Positions 45,478 through 58,333 of a stretch of DNA of 64,000 bases are shown in pieces. This DNA is from Heteronotia binoei (taxonomy: Eukaryota). Positions within the stretch are counted from its first letter, which is position 1; each line of letters starts with the position of its first letter. The DNA lies in NCBI RefSeq assembly GCF_032191835.1, contig NC_083227.1, positions 24,180,001 through 24,244,000 of the forward strand. The letters run 5' to 3'. Both the position numbers and the translations under genes were made by a program. The notes under the pieces were generated by a model. That model ran no database searches. It saw nothing but the letters and a program-made list of their open reading frames with translations, and was not told the DNA's origin.

Positions 45478-46188
45478 CTGCTTCTTCTGCCTTAAGAGGA
45501 ACTCCTCGGCCAGGGCCACTGCTTGGGAGCAGTTCTCAGGGCCACTCTCCCTCACCCGGCTCTGAATCTCTGAGGGCAGGACGTTCAGCAATTGCTCCAG
45601 GACCAAGAGCTCCAGAATCTGCTCCTTGCTGTGTTTCTCCACTCTCAGCCACCCACGGCACATTTCCCACAGTTGGCTGTAAGCCCCTCGTGGCCCCTCA
45701 GCCTCCTGGTAGCAGAAATGACGGAACTCTTCACGCTGCTTCTCCCGGTTCAGGGCTTCCTCTCTCAAGATGGCTGTCTTCACCTTCCCATAATCCTCTC
45801 TGTCTTTGACATCCAGAATGTTGAAGGCCTTCTCTGCTTCTCCACTGAAGGCTGGCAGGAGTCGGGTCACCCACTCTTCCTTGGGCCAGCAGCAGGCTTC
45901 AGCCACTTGCTCAAAGGAGGCCAGAAAGGCCTTGGCATCCTTCCAGGGTGAAGGTTTCTTTGGCCACAGTGGAATTGTCCAGTGTGGCTGAGGGGACTCT
46001 ACTGTCCTGAGGAACTGCTGCCACTGGGTTTCCCATTGCTGCAATAAACTCTCACTAGGTTCCTCTTTAATTACTCCTGGCCTCCTTTGGAGGAATTCTC
46101 TGATACTCCCAGCCTGGAGTACATGGGGGTTTTTTGCTATCCCCTCTTGCATCTCCCCTATCGTGGTGTCTTGACCCTCCATCTTCAT
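45478..46188 (-). CDS. SCAN-ZF gene C, extended SCAN exon, 237 codons
   Basis: MKMEGQ...[31 protein letters not shown]...[18 protein letters not shown]; CAG|GTGAGG donor. Confidence 0.9.
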
Positions 46189-46454
46189 ATTGGGTGATTG
46201 CTCAGTGATATTTTTCCTATAGAAAACCATGGGAATAAATTACAACTTTCTTGACTAGACCTCTCCCTGGAAGAAAGAAGACAGAAGTAGAAAGAGATTA
46301 AAAAGGATAACTGGTTTTGAGTCCTCTATTTTTCGTATGTAATGGTCATAGTATATTAATTACAGATTTTTCTATATAGGCAACAGAGCTGCACTGTATT
46401 AAATGATTCACAACATTACATGGATAATTATTATGACTGTGGTATAACTTGCTA

Positions 46455-46680
46455 GAACCGAGCCCTATGGCTAAGCCACAGTACTGCAGTCCAAGCCCTG
46501 CTCATGACCTGAGTTCAATCCCAGCAGGACCTAGGTTCAGGTATCCGGCTCACAGTTGACTCAGCCTTCCATCCTGCCGAGGTTGATAAAATGAGTACCC
46601 AGCTTGCTGAGGAGAAAGTGTAGATGGCTGGCGAAGGCAATGGCAAACCACCCTGTAAAAGGTCTGCCGGCGAATGCGTC
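46455..46680 (+). mobile_element. Sauria SINE fragment
   Basis: TGACTCAGCCTTCCATCC and GAAGGCAATGGCAAACCACC cores. Confidence 0.75.
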
Positions 46681-47130
46681 TTTCTGGAAGGCATCCACAG
46701 CTCCCACTGTTACCACCTGGCTCCCGAAGCTGTGGGAGCATTTCATTATGGAAAAAAATCCAATCTAACTTACAACACTCTAATCCCTCTAACTTTTCTG
46801 CCAAATGGTTTCCTTTTGTCGATTATGTTACTTCTCAAGAAATTCCTCCTTAGATCTCTTCACAAATATCTATGGTCTACTTTTAATTGTCTTTGCCCTG
46901 CTTTTGTTTCTTACTCTTCTTTCTTGACACAGGAGTGGATATTACTGTTTAGCTGTGGTTTCTGTTTCCTTTATTTGCCTTATTCCTACTGTATGCTCAC
47001 TGTTTCCCTCCCCCCTCCTTTCCCCCCTTCTTCACAGCCCGTTAGTCTCTGCAATTCTTGTTGCCTATTTATTTGCATATTTTTACATAGAAGTTTTGAT
47101 TTTTCTATATTAACACAAAGTCCCGCCAAC
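46680..47130 (+). mobile_element. L1-like LINE 3' fragment
   Basis: FWKASTAPTVTTWLPKLWEHFIMEK...KWFPFVDY, similar to the 57500 fragment. Confidence 0.55.
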
Positions 47131-47147
47131 TGGTTTTAAAGACAAGT

Positions 47148-47253
47148 AAGTGCACCTTTAAAACCAACTAAGTTTTATTCAGAATACGAAAGCTTACATT
47201 CTGAATAAAACTTAGTTGGTCTTAAAGGTACACTTGTCTACTGCTTTGTTCTA
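47148..47253. repeat. Fold-back Penelope-like terminus
   Basis: Inverted arms around ACGAAAGCTTAC; shares about 50 identical nt with 14401-14452. Confidence 0.7.
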
Positions 47254-48399
47254 AGACTAGGGACTGTTAAGTCTAGTTGCGTTAGGGACTTTATGTTTAT
47301 TTTCCTTCACCCACATCACTCTAGTGTTTAAAGCACCTTATCTGTTCACTTGCCCTTTACTGATTTTTCTGTCTAAAATAAACCTTTTTGTTGTTGCTAC
47401 TCTGCCTAGTCTACGCGCCTGTTTTTTTGGCCAAAGCAAGGGAGATCTGAAGGGCTTGGGAGGGCACTCCGGGCCTTCCCAAGGGACCCTAATTCCAGAG
47501 TGGTGGCAGCATCAGGTGGCACCCCCATCTGGGTCATGACAAGAGCCCACAGGGTCCCAGGCCCAAACATGGGGGCCGGGGTCGGCCCCGCCACTTACAG
47601 CTGCTATGGCACACTGCCGGCCCTGAAGTACATCTCCTGCTGCTGGGTGCCCTGTAACCCACCTTGCTTCTGCCATCCCACCAGCGGCCCAGAGCTGCAC
47701 ATCAGCAGGCCAGGCCAAAGTGGCATTCCTTCACTCACCCACCTCTTTCTCAAAGAACTTGCTCGGGTGCTGCATGGCAAAAGGTGGGCTGGGAGGAACA
47801 GGCAGCGGGGTAGAAGAAGAAAAAGAAGATGACTGCAGATTTATATCCCACTCTTCTCTCTGAATCAGAGACTCAGAGCAGCTTACAATCTCCTATATCT
47901 TCTCCCCCCACAACAGACACCCTGTGAGGGGGGTGGGGCTGAGAGAGCACTCACGGCAGCTGCCCTTTCAAGGACAACTCCTATGAGAGCTATGGCTGAC
48001 CCAAGGCCATTCCAGCAGCTGCAAGTGGAGGAGTGAGAAATCAAACCCTTCTCTCTAAGCTGTGGAGTCTTGTGAGCAAAAATTCTACTTTGTGAGTTAC
48101 TGCCATTAAAGCTGTGAGCTGCTGCGTAAATTAGTTTGCTCTAGGGCCATTTTTCCTGAGCTGAGACAAAAATGTGTGAGCTGGAGGCTAAAAAATTGTG
48201 AGCGAGTTCACACGAACTCAGCTTGGAGGGAACACTGCTTGTAAGGAAAAATTCTACTTTTGTGAGCTACTCTGGCATTAAAGTTGTTAGCTGCAGCATA
48301 AATTAGCTTGCTCCTGGGGCCCTCTCTCTGGAGCTAAGACAAAAAAGGTGTGAGCCAAAGGCTTAAAAAACTCTGAACTAGCTCGACTTAGAGGGAACA

Positions 48400-48985
48400 T
48401 AAGTGAAGCCATGTTGGATCAGGCCAATGGCCCATCCAGTCCAACCCTCTGTGTCACACAATGGCAAAAAATACCAAGTGCCATCAGGAGGTCCACCAGT
48501 GGGGCTAGAAGCCCTCCCACAGTGCCCCCCAAGCACCAAGAATACAGAGCATCACTGCCCCACACAGAAAGTTCCAACAATACGTTGTGGCTAGTAGCCA
48601 CTAGTGAACCTCTGCTCCGTATGTTTATCCAATCTCCTCTTGAAGCTGGCTAAGCTTGCAGCCGCCGCTGCCCCTTCCTGTGGCAGTGAATTCCATGTGT
48701 TAATCACCCTTTAGGTGAAGAAGTACTTCCTTTTATCAGTTCTAACTCGACTGCTCTGCAATTTCATTGGATGTTCACGAGTTCTGGTATTGTGAGAAAG
48801 GGAGAAAAGGACTTCCTTCTCTACCTTCTCTATCCCGTGCATAATCTTGCAAACCTCTATCATGTCACTCCGCTATCGACGTTTCTCCAAGCTAAAGAGC
48901 CCCAAGCGTTTTAACCTTTCTTCATAGGGAAAGTGTTCCGACCCTTTAATCATTCTAGTTGCCCTTTTCTGCACTTTTTCCAATG
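48400..48985 (-). mobile_element. CR1 LINE 3' fragment
   Basis: Same 3' UTR as 14459-14600 plus ORF2 C-terminal remnants. Confidence 0.75.
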
Positions 48986-49301
48986 CTTCAGGGAACACTC
49001 CCACCAGCCCGGTTTCTGTGCTTTTTTAAAACAGCAGGATCGTTTTGCAGGGCTCAGTGGCAGAATCTGATCTCGGCCTTGGGGATGTGGCGGACCTGAC
49101 ACCCCCCTCCCCCCATTCCTTGCTGCAGATCCCGCGCCAGTTCCAAGATCTGGATCCAGAGCTAGCAGCAAAGGAGCCAGCCTGACCTCCTCCAACCAGG
49201 CCCTGCTCTGCACGTGGAGGACCCAAAGAGGGAATCCCCGCCCCACAGGGCTGACCACCCCGGGGACGCTTCTTCCCCTTCCCTCTCCCACGGCGCTTTA
49301 C

Positions 49302-49450
49302 CTTTCCAGGCGTTGTCCCCACGCTTGCTGCAAGCAAAGCCAGACCCCCGATGGAGGAAGTTGGCGGATTTCAGTGACTTCTCGCCTCCCGCCCCCCTTT
49401 GTAGCCTCTCTAGGAACCGCGTCTCTTTCTGCTTCTTAACCTTTTGCTGT
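49302..49450 (-). promoter_or_regulatory. Putative non-coding first exon/promoter of gene C
   Basis: CCTGGAAAG|GTAAAG donor at 49300-49301; CpG-rich; paralogous motif block. Confidence 0.55.
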
Positions 49451-50159
49451 CTCTTATGGGCAGGGGAGGGCGAATATGACTCTAATGGCTTTTTTCCTTT
49501 GCAAATTAATTATTTAAGGAAAAGATGAAACGAGCCTTTTAAGACCCGCTCCTGGCCAAGAAAATCTGCTCTCATCAAATCCCCAAAGCGGAAAGTCTGG
49601 CTGTGGCTTTACAGAGAGCTGGCAAGGCTCTCTGTTCATGCTCAGAGGCACTGTCAGCCAATAGAAAACTAAGCTGAAACCGAGTGGCGGGGAAAAAAAC
49701 ACTCGGTCAGGAAAGATTCACTCAGTGCTGACAAAACAGGGGTGTCGAATTCATTTGTTCTGAGGGCGAGATCTGACATAGAATCATAGAGTTGGAAGGG
49801 ACCTCTAGGGTCATCTAGTCCAACCCCCTGCACAATGCAGAAAACTCACAAACACCTCCCCCTAAATTCATAGGATCTTCATTGCTGTCAGATGGCCATC
49901 TAGCCTCTGTTTAAAAACCTCCAAGGAAGGATAACCCACCACCAAAGTCTTGAGGGTGTATCTACTGAATATTGCTTTGGGGATGATTTCAGAAAGCTGA
50001 ACAAGTTAACTGTTGTGGAATCCACCTCATCCCCAGGACTGAGAGCTTAATTGAGGACCTGGCTGGTGCTGTGTATATCAGTACTACTGATTTGGCTTCT
50101 GGTTACTGGCAGGCAGGGCTGTAACTAGGTACCAGTGTGTGAGGGGGGTGCCCCCTCCC

Positions 50160-50435
50160 AAGAAGAAGACTGCAGATTTATACCCCGCCCTTCTCTCTGA
50201 ATCAGAGACTCAGAGCGGCTTACAATCTCCTATATCTTCTCCCCCACAACAGACACCCTGTGAGATGGGTGGGGCTGTGAGGGCTCTCACAGCAGCTGCC
50301 CTTTCAAGGACAACTCCTGCGATAGCTATGGCTGACCCAAGGCCATTCCAGCAGGTGGAAGTGGAGGAGTGGGGAATCAAACCCGGTTCTCCCAGATAGA
50401 GTCTGCACATTTAACCACTACACCAAACTGGCTCT
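50160..50435 (-). mobile_element. tRNA-derived SINE (Squam3-like)
   Basis: Reverse complement of the 12270 family, full length. Confidence 0.8.
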
Positions 50436-50753
50436 CCAGACATAACCTGCCAGACATAACCTCTCCTGGTCCCAGCCCCCCTCTCCTATTGTTTATGCTT
50501 CACTTATTAAATTAGCATTCCCCCCTCCCAGCACCCCCTCCAGAAAAAAATCCTAGATTCAGGCCTGCTGACAGAGGTCCTCCTTTCCAGGGCCAGGGTG
50601 GCCAACAATGTTCCTTCTAAGCTGCAGAGTCTTGTGAGCAAAAATTCTGCTTTGTGAGCTACTGATATTAAGATTGTGAGCTACTGGCATTAAAGTTGTG
50701 AGGTACCGCATAAATTAAGTGGCCCCATGGCGCAGAGTGGCAAAGCTGCAGTA

Positions 50754-51027
50754 GGAAAAGGAAAGGTCCCCTATGCAAGGACCAGTCATTTCCGACTCCG
50801 GGGTGATGTTGCTTTCACAACGTTTTCACGCAGACGGGGTGGTTTGCCATTGCCTTCCCCAGTCATCTACACTCCCCCGCCCCCCAGCAAGCTGAGTACT
50901 CATTTTACCGACCTCGGAAGGATGGAAGACTGAGTCAACCTCGAGTCGGCTACCTGAAAACCCAGCTACCGCCAGGGATTGAACTCAGGTGGTGAGCAGA
51001 GCTTAGGACTACAGTACTGCAGCTTTA
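50754..51027 (-). mobile_element. Sauria SINE, 5' truncated
   Basis: Homologous to 6120-6376. Confidence 0.8.
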
Positions 51028-51399
51028 GTTTGGTGTAGTGGTTAAGTGTGCGGACTCTTATCTGGGAGAACCGGGTTTGATCCCCCACTCCTCCACTTGC
51101 ACCTGCTAGCATGGCCTTGGGTCAGCCATAGCTCTGGCAGAGATTTGAACCAGCGGGGGCTTGCTGTAGGTTGGGGAAGCGGAAATTTGGATCTTGCTTC
51201 CCATATATTCTCGTGTCCCCGGGAAGCTCAGTCTTAAAGACTCCAATGAGCCAAGCCAGAACTAGTACACCGACACCCATGCAAAGTATCACATAGGTAA
51301 CTTCACTGCAGGGCTTTTTTATTTTGTAGGAAAAAAACCCTGGGGGAACTCGTTTGCATATTGGGTCACACCCCCTGACATCACCATTGTTTCACTACA

Positions 51400-51760
51400 G
51401 GAACAGGCAGGCTTGCAGTGCAATCCTAGAACCGCTTTCCCGGGAGCAAGCAAGCCCCTCTGTCGAGGAGGATCAGGGGTCTCTCCGCCCCCCCCACCCC
51501 GCTTTGGACTTTTTAGGTGAGCGAGCTTCAGCGTGCCTTAGTTTTCTCAGTTCCCCCCCTTTTCCCCCCGGGAGGGAGCCGAGTTACTCCGCAGCAGCCC
51601 CATCGAGCTGCATCGGACGCCACTGAGGTCAGCCTGGCTGAAATCCGGTTTGGCTCCGGGCGCCTTTTTCATTTTTCTGCAGCGCTGCAAGCGTTAAAGA
51701 GGCAGAGCAGCTCGCTGGAGAGGCGCCGGGCTTGGAAAGGAGGTCACCTGATTTCCGGGG
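51400..51760 (+). promoter_or_regulatory. CpG-rich region, putative promoter/first exon of gene D
   Basis: Locally high CpG density, no repeat similarity, 2 kb upstream of the gene D SCAN exon. Confidence 0.45.
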
Positions 51761-53779
51761 GGGGGGGCGGATTTAGCAATTGAATTGTGGGAGAGAGCGG
51801 AGGGGTGTGTGTGTGTGCTTTAGATATGCAACAGCAGGGAAGGGAAAGCTTTGCGGCCGGATCCTGGAAAAGTCTGCTCGCAAGTAAGACGGGGAATAAG
51901 CTTTGAAATCTTAGAAGGGAGAGAGGACTGCTCTAGTCGTCTGCGTTCTAGTTTGCAGTCGCCATGCATGCTTTGCAAACTTGTTTTTCCTTATGCCTGT
52001 TTTAATTCGGTGAGCAGCCTTGGTGGCCCTTGCGGGATTTTGGATTTTTTTTTTTTAAATCCATCTGGATTTTGGAAATAAAAAATAGATAAACGTGACT
52101 TCTCAGCTGTGGGGTGGTAGGGAGGCGAAGAAAGGAGTCCCAGATATGATCGTAGGAGAGGAATCATTTACGCCGATCGGCTGCCCTTTATGCCTGCGTT
52201 TTGGCAACGTGCCCCCCCCCTCCATCTCCCTGAGTATTCACTGCCTCCCCGGCTCCTGTTCATCCCAGCGGCCTACTTTTCCCCACCTGGAGAAGCTGGA
52301 GGCCTCTCTGGTCCTTCCCTTCTGCAGAAAAATAAAATAAACGTCGGATCTACGTGGATTCGCTGGTAGTTATTTTTTAAAGGTCCTCAAATCTGGTGCC
52401 AAACCAGGTCAGATCTAATACGTGGACTGAATTGGGGGGGGGTGTGTGTTTGAAACATACATCTAGTAGAACAAAGCAGGAGTCAAGTTGCACCTTTAAG
52501 ACCAACCAATTTTTATTTAGAACTTAAGCAGACTTCATCAGACAGGAATCCAGCACAGTACTTTGTGGAACAGCAGCTGCTTCCCCTGAAGGTCTCTTCC
52601 CTTTCCGCCCCCAAGGGTACAACTTCCCCCTCCTTTCTCTACCTTGCTCTGTTTGCCTTACCTGTTTTTCCACCTCCAGTTTCACCTTTTCTATCCCACC
52701 CCATTTTATCTACTTTTTCTATCCCATCCCATCTTGTTTCCCTTGCCTTTTTGGCTTCTTGCTTGCATGCGGGGCCTTGCTGGCCCTTGACAGTGTTGGG
52801 CTTTTATGCTCACTGGACTGAATATTTTTCTTTTCAGAACAGACTTGTGTGGGTGTTGCTTGTCAGAGCTCGATTCAGTATTTTGCTCGGTTGCTCTGTG
52901 TTCTGTGGGTTTCATCGGCAACTTGTGGTCTTGTTGCTTCTGACCTTCTCAGCTCTCCAGTGGAAGTTGCCCGGCGTTTGCTTGCTTGGGTCTGGGTGTT
53001 TGGCTGTTGTATTGCATAGGGCCTATCATAATTTTGGGCAAGCGCAATGAACATTTGGTTGTTTTTTTCTGTGGGATTGTCTTAATTGCCTTTCTAGCCA
53101 GTGTCATTTTTTTAAACTCAGCTTCACCTGTCTATGTTTTTGTTTCATTTCATGCCATTAAAGGTTTTGAAAATTGAATGGAATACAGCAAAAACATGAA
53201 TCGAAGATCCAGATCCTTGTGAATTTGTATGATTTTTGCATCAAAAAAGGGGGGGTTGTAGCAGGAACTCCTTTGCATACTAGGCCACACACCTCTGATG
53301 TAGCCAATCCTCCAAGAGCTTACAGTAGACCCTGTAAGAAGAGCTCTGTAAGCTTTTAGAGGATTGGCTACAGAAGAGGGTTGTGGCCTGATATGCAAAG
53401 GAGTTCTTGCTACAAAAAAAGCCCTGCATCAAAACAAAATAAAAACACTGCCATATTGTAGATTGCAGCCTAGTCTATGGGCAGCACCATCGTGGGGATG
53501 GCAAGATGCAAAAATGTAGTTCTAAAGTATGGATCCTCATGATTTTTGTCCTGGGTCACCCCAAACTCACCATCTAATTATATCTCCCAATGACCTCTCC
53601 CAGCAGCTTTGTACAGATGTCATATAGCATGTGGCATGCCTTGGGTCAGTGACAGAGCACAAATCCTTCAATACTTTTTTCTTTCTGCTTTTTTGATATA
53701 TTTTTCTCTCCCTCTCCATAGCCACGTGAGAAAGAGCATCTTTCTACAGTCAGAGGTACCCCAAGAAAAGGGAACGGAA

Positions 53780-54202
53780 ATGGCAGAGCAGGATCCAGAA
53801 GGACCTGGAACTAGCAAAGGAACAAAGAAAAGCCTCCGTCCTATCCAGGCTCAGAGTGGTGCTGAATTCTGGGAAAGAGCTGCCCCAGAGATCCTGACTC
53901 AGGAAACGATGATCCCAAGTGTGCGTTGCCAACGCTTCCGGCAGTTCCGTTATCATGAGGCTGCTGGGCCCCAAGAGGTTTGCAGCCAGCTCCATGAGCT
54001 TTGCAACCGCTGGCTGAAGCCGGAGAAGCACAACAAGAAGCAGATCCTGGACCTGGTGATCCTGGAGCAGTTCCTGGCCATCCTGCCCCCGGAGATGGCA
54101 AGCTGGGTCAGAGGGTGCGGGCCAGATACCAGTTCCCAGGCAGTGGCCCTGGCCAAAGGTTTCCTCCTGAGCCAGGCAGAGAAGAAGAGGCAGGCAGAGC
54201 AG
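53780..54202 (+). CDS. Gene D (SCAN-KRAB-ZF-hAT fusion), SCAN exon, 141 codons
   Basis: MAEQDPEG...RCQRFRQFRYHEAAGPQEVCSQLHELCNRWLKPEKHNKKQILDLVILEQFLAILPPEM; CAG|GTGAGG donor. Confidence 0.9.
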
Positions 54203-54445
54203 GTGAGGGGGTTTCCTTTGCTTACTTCAAGCAACGACCTCATCCTAAGGATTCCCTCCCAAATACTTCTACCTCTGGAAAAATCACTATGCTTCGAAGA
54301 AAGCTCAACCCTAATTCTTGACCCTGTGGTTGAAGCAGCTCTGCTGGTCGATGCAGGAGCGTGAAAGAGCATTGGAGTGGGCAGGATCCATCTCCTTGGC
54401 CTGTTTTATTTCTTCTCTCACCCATCTCTCTTGCTGCTGTTTCAG

Positions 54446-54560
54446 ATGTGGGGACCATCCGTGAATATGGAAGCTGAGTGCTCTGAGGCAGAAGGAGCTC
54501 CACTGGAGGAACAGCAGAGGACGCAGGCCCAGGAGTGTGCCCAAGATGCCGTCTCACATG
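54446..54560 (+). CDS. Gene D linker exon, 115 nt
   Basis: TTTCAG acceptor, G|GTAAGG donor, phase 0 to 1. Confidence 0.8.
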
Positions 54561-55085
54561 GTAAGGGTGCCTTGAGCCTGGATGGGATTACGGCACCCCA
54601 TGAAACTGATGGGTAGAAGGGTTCAGGTCGGTAAGGAAGGAAAATAATTTTGCGCACAGCAAGAGAAACCATACTTCTGTGACATCATTTCCACATACTC
54701 TCCTTTCTTCCCAGAAGCCCGGACACAATGGGGGGTTGGAGAGGGAGCTACTGGTAGGAGAAAGGCATGTCTCAGCCTTTGATCTGCTCTAACAGGGATG
54801 CTGTCCTATTTTTGAGCCCTGGAGTTCACAGAGCACATTTCAAGTCGCACAGAAGTCTGAAAGACATTGACAGCATTTATAACCCCTTGAGACTCATGAA
54901 TACCTGCCGCTTCTCTTCCACCTCTCTTGCAGTTTACTAAAAATCATTGTAATATTTTTTTTGGCATGTAGATAGGGTTTTCCTGCCTGCAATTCTGCTT
55001 TGCAAGAAGCAGTATTCAGACAAGCAAACGAAACAGGAAGTCAAGGCTAGTGATACCTCCTCTTCCACTTTTCTTTCCCTTACAG

Positions 55086-55156
55086 ACAGTGGAGAGATGC
55101 TGTTGAGCCGTTGTCGTTGCAGAGGTGTGGAAATGACTTCCGTGCGTCCAATCCGG
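55086..55156 (+). CDS. Gene D short linker exon, 71 nt
   Basis: TTCCCTTACAG acceptor, CGG|GTAGG donor, phase 1 to 0; restores frame into KRAB-A. Confidence 0.65.
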
Positions 55157-55581
55157 GTAGGAGAGATTAGCAGGGGACAGCCTGGGTCCCCCTCTTTTCT
55201 CCAGGGACTGTTTTCCTGCAGTTGATGCTAAGAAGTCTGCATGAGAGGAGATGTGAACACCCCTCCCTTTCCCCAGGCCAAACTCTAAACCAGAGGTGGC
55301 CAAACTGTGGCTCAGGAGCTACAAAGCCCTCACTGCCCCATCAACCGGCTTGGAGAAGGCATTTATCTATTTAAATTACTTCTCCAAGCCAGCCAGCAGT
55401 TTAGAGAATGCATTTAAAGTTAAAGCTGCTTTCTTTCCGCCTCTCCTTCCTACCTACCTACCTACCTCTGATGTTCATGTCTTGTGGCGCTCAACCATCT
55501 GTTGTTTATTCTGTCTGGCTGTTACGTTAGGCAAGTTTGGCCACCTCTGCTCTAAACCCTCGTAGAATGCTCCATTCCTGA

Positions 55582-55785
<204 letters not shown>

Positions 55786-56689
55786 TGATACATGAATCGA
55801 ACTCTTATGTCATTTTGAGGTCCACCAAGGTATCCTCAGCCCAGTTGGAGGCCTCCAGGAGTTGACAAGGCACTCTTGCTTCCTTCTGCATCACAGCTTG
55901 CTTTGCCAGGCTTGCTCAATTGTCCAGGAGCTACAGACCTCCTGAGCGAAACCTCTATTTTCAGCATTGGCTGAGGCTCCTCTCTTGGGGAGGAGGGGTG
56001 GGGGAGAGCTTGCTTTGCCAGGATCTCTCGCCCGCCTCCTGGTCCCCTGGGGAAGGAAGGAAAGAGCCAGAGCTTCCTTTGCCCAGTTTCCTGGATCCCA
56101 TGGGAGAAATACAACAGAAGCACCTTGAAGACCAATGAGTGCTAACGTTTTAAGCATGTTTTATTTTAAGGGTATTTTCCCCATCTTTAATTGTGTTTGT
56201 CTGTGTTCTTTATAAAGTTTATATCTCTGCTACCTAATCTCAAATAAGTACACCTATGATTCGGACTGACATGACCTTGCCTGACAAGTTCTCATGTATG
56301 TCAGATCTGACCCTCCTAACAGATGAGTTTGACACCCCTGGCTTAAAGGGAATGCTGGCTGGGACCATAATCCAAGCAAAGGAAGGTGTTACGACCTGAG
56401 GTCGAAGATGGGAAAGCTGTCTTCAAGATGACGGACTCTGGAAGACTGAAACGGTACTCTTAAACAACGCTGAGGCCCCTCGCTCAATGATCGTTTCAAC
56501 ACAAAATAAGTGCCTTTTTCATGGGCTGGACTTCTTCCTCAATATTAATTTACATGGAACGGTAAGCCTTCAAAAATGTATTCTGTGGACACAACAGGAC
56601 CTGCATGTTCAAACACCTCCTCAATATTAATTACCACTTAAATTAATATTGAGGAAGAAGTCCAGCCCTTGAAAAAGGCACTTGAACCC

Positions 56690-57105
56690 CAGAGAGCACT
56701 GAGGTCAGCAGGGAAGAACCTGCTGACTATTCCCGGGCCGAAGGAAGCAAAACTGCAGAGTACCCGTACCCAGGCTTTCTCCGTTGTAGCTCCACACCTA
56801 TGGAACCAGCTCCCGGAAGAAGTGGCAGGCCCTGCGGGACTTTGAACAGTTCCACAGGGCCTGCAAGACCATCCTCTTTGGTGAAACCTTCACCGACTAA
56901 AAGACTGAGAGACTGCTTAAATGATTCTTGTCACCTGCTGGAATAGCACCAAGATGTTAATTTTATTGTTTTTAGAATTTTAATTGTTAGCTATTGTTTA
57001 AATCATTGTATAACTCACTGTATTGACTGATGTTGTTAGCCGCCCTGAGCCTGCCTCGGCGGGGAGGGCGGGATATACAGTAAATAAAATGATTGATTGA
57101 TTATT
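56690..57105 (+). mobile_element. L2 LINE 3' fragment
   Basis: AFSVVAPHLWNQLPEEV motif and AGCCGCCCTGAGCCTGCC 3' end with a (GATT)n tail. Confidence 0.8.
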
Positions 57106-57299
57106 CCATGTTGAAACGATCATTATGCGAGGGACCTCGGCATAATTTGAGTCTTCCAGAGTCTGTCATTTTGGAGAGAGCTTTCCCATCTTTCACCTGC
57201 CAATTTTCTTTGGTACTCTGTTTGAAAGACTTTTTTTTGTCGCTGAGTGGTTTGAGTTGCATGGATTTGTTAGCGTCTTTCTGTAATTTTGCTATACGC

Positions 57300-57790
57300 A
57301 TTCAATAGTTTTTTAGTCTTCCTGTATTTTCAGATATATATATATTTTAAATAAATGAAAAGTGTTTTTATCATTTGCCAGTAATAAATACAAAATGTCT
57401 ACACTGGTATAATCATCACAATTTGAAATTAGCATACAATATGTCAGACATATGAAAATAACATTAAACAAAAACACATCAAAAATAGATCAACTTTTTC
57501 TAGAGTGAGTTATTAGGTACAATCTCATGCTCAGTTAAATACGATACTAGAGGAAACCAAACTGCTACCACACAATGTTCATATTGCTCAATAGAAAGAT
57601 CAACAGACTTATATGCGATTTTATTTAGAACAAATAATTCCCACAATCTATTAATCCATTGTTCCAATAAGGGTGGAGAAGAATTTACCCAGTTTGAAGC
57701 TATCGTTAGTCTGGCTGCTGCAATTAAAATATTTATTAACTCCATATCGCTTTTGGATTGTAAATATTACTAGTCTTATGAATTCTTCCC
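57300..57790 (-). mobile_element. L1-like LINE 3' fragment
   Basis: ILIAAARLTIASNW...WINRLWELFVLNKIAY...WFPLVSYL. Confidence 0.6.
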
Positions 57791-58126
57791 ATGTTTCCTG
57801 CCATTTCTTTGTCTTATAAACGGGTGCCCATTGAGCCTTTCTGTTCTATGACCTGTGGTCAAGGCAGGGCTGAGAGGGCCACAGAAAGACTCTGAAAGGA
57901 GCCAGACCCTAATTTCTCAGTTGCCAACCTTTCTAACAAGCCCCTCCCCCTGGCTGGATAGGACTACCATCATCCACTCTGACTGTGCTCTGGAATGGGT
58001 CTGTTTCCTTTCTGCTGTTCAAGACTGTGGGCTTTGGTCCTGACCATGTTTCCATCCTTCTGGAAATTCCTCTTCCTGGAATTTCTTTCCTTCCCAGTCT
58101 AAGAACAATCTCTTTCTCTCCTGAAG

Positions 58127-58333
58127 AAACCAGTAATGTGAGAGACACTGCAGTGGGGATAGACAGAGAGAGGTCTTGTGTCCCAAGGAGGGCCGGTAGT
58201 TTCTCAAGAGAATCGCGAGAGAGTCTTCCTTCACCAAGTGATCTGGCCAAGAGTAGATATCCACCATGGTTATGTCAAGGGAGTGGGCAAAAAAACAGCC
58301 ATGGGAGATTTCTACTTAGCAACTCTTGGCTTG
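58127..58333 (+). CDS. Candidate gene D internal exon, 207 nt, phase 1 to 1
   Basis: Pyrimidine-rich TCTTTCTCTCCTGAAG acceptor, open frame, TTG|GTAGAA donor; no domain homology recognised. Confidence 0.35.
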
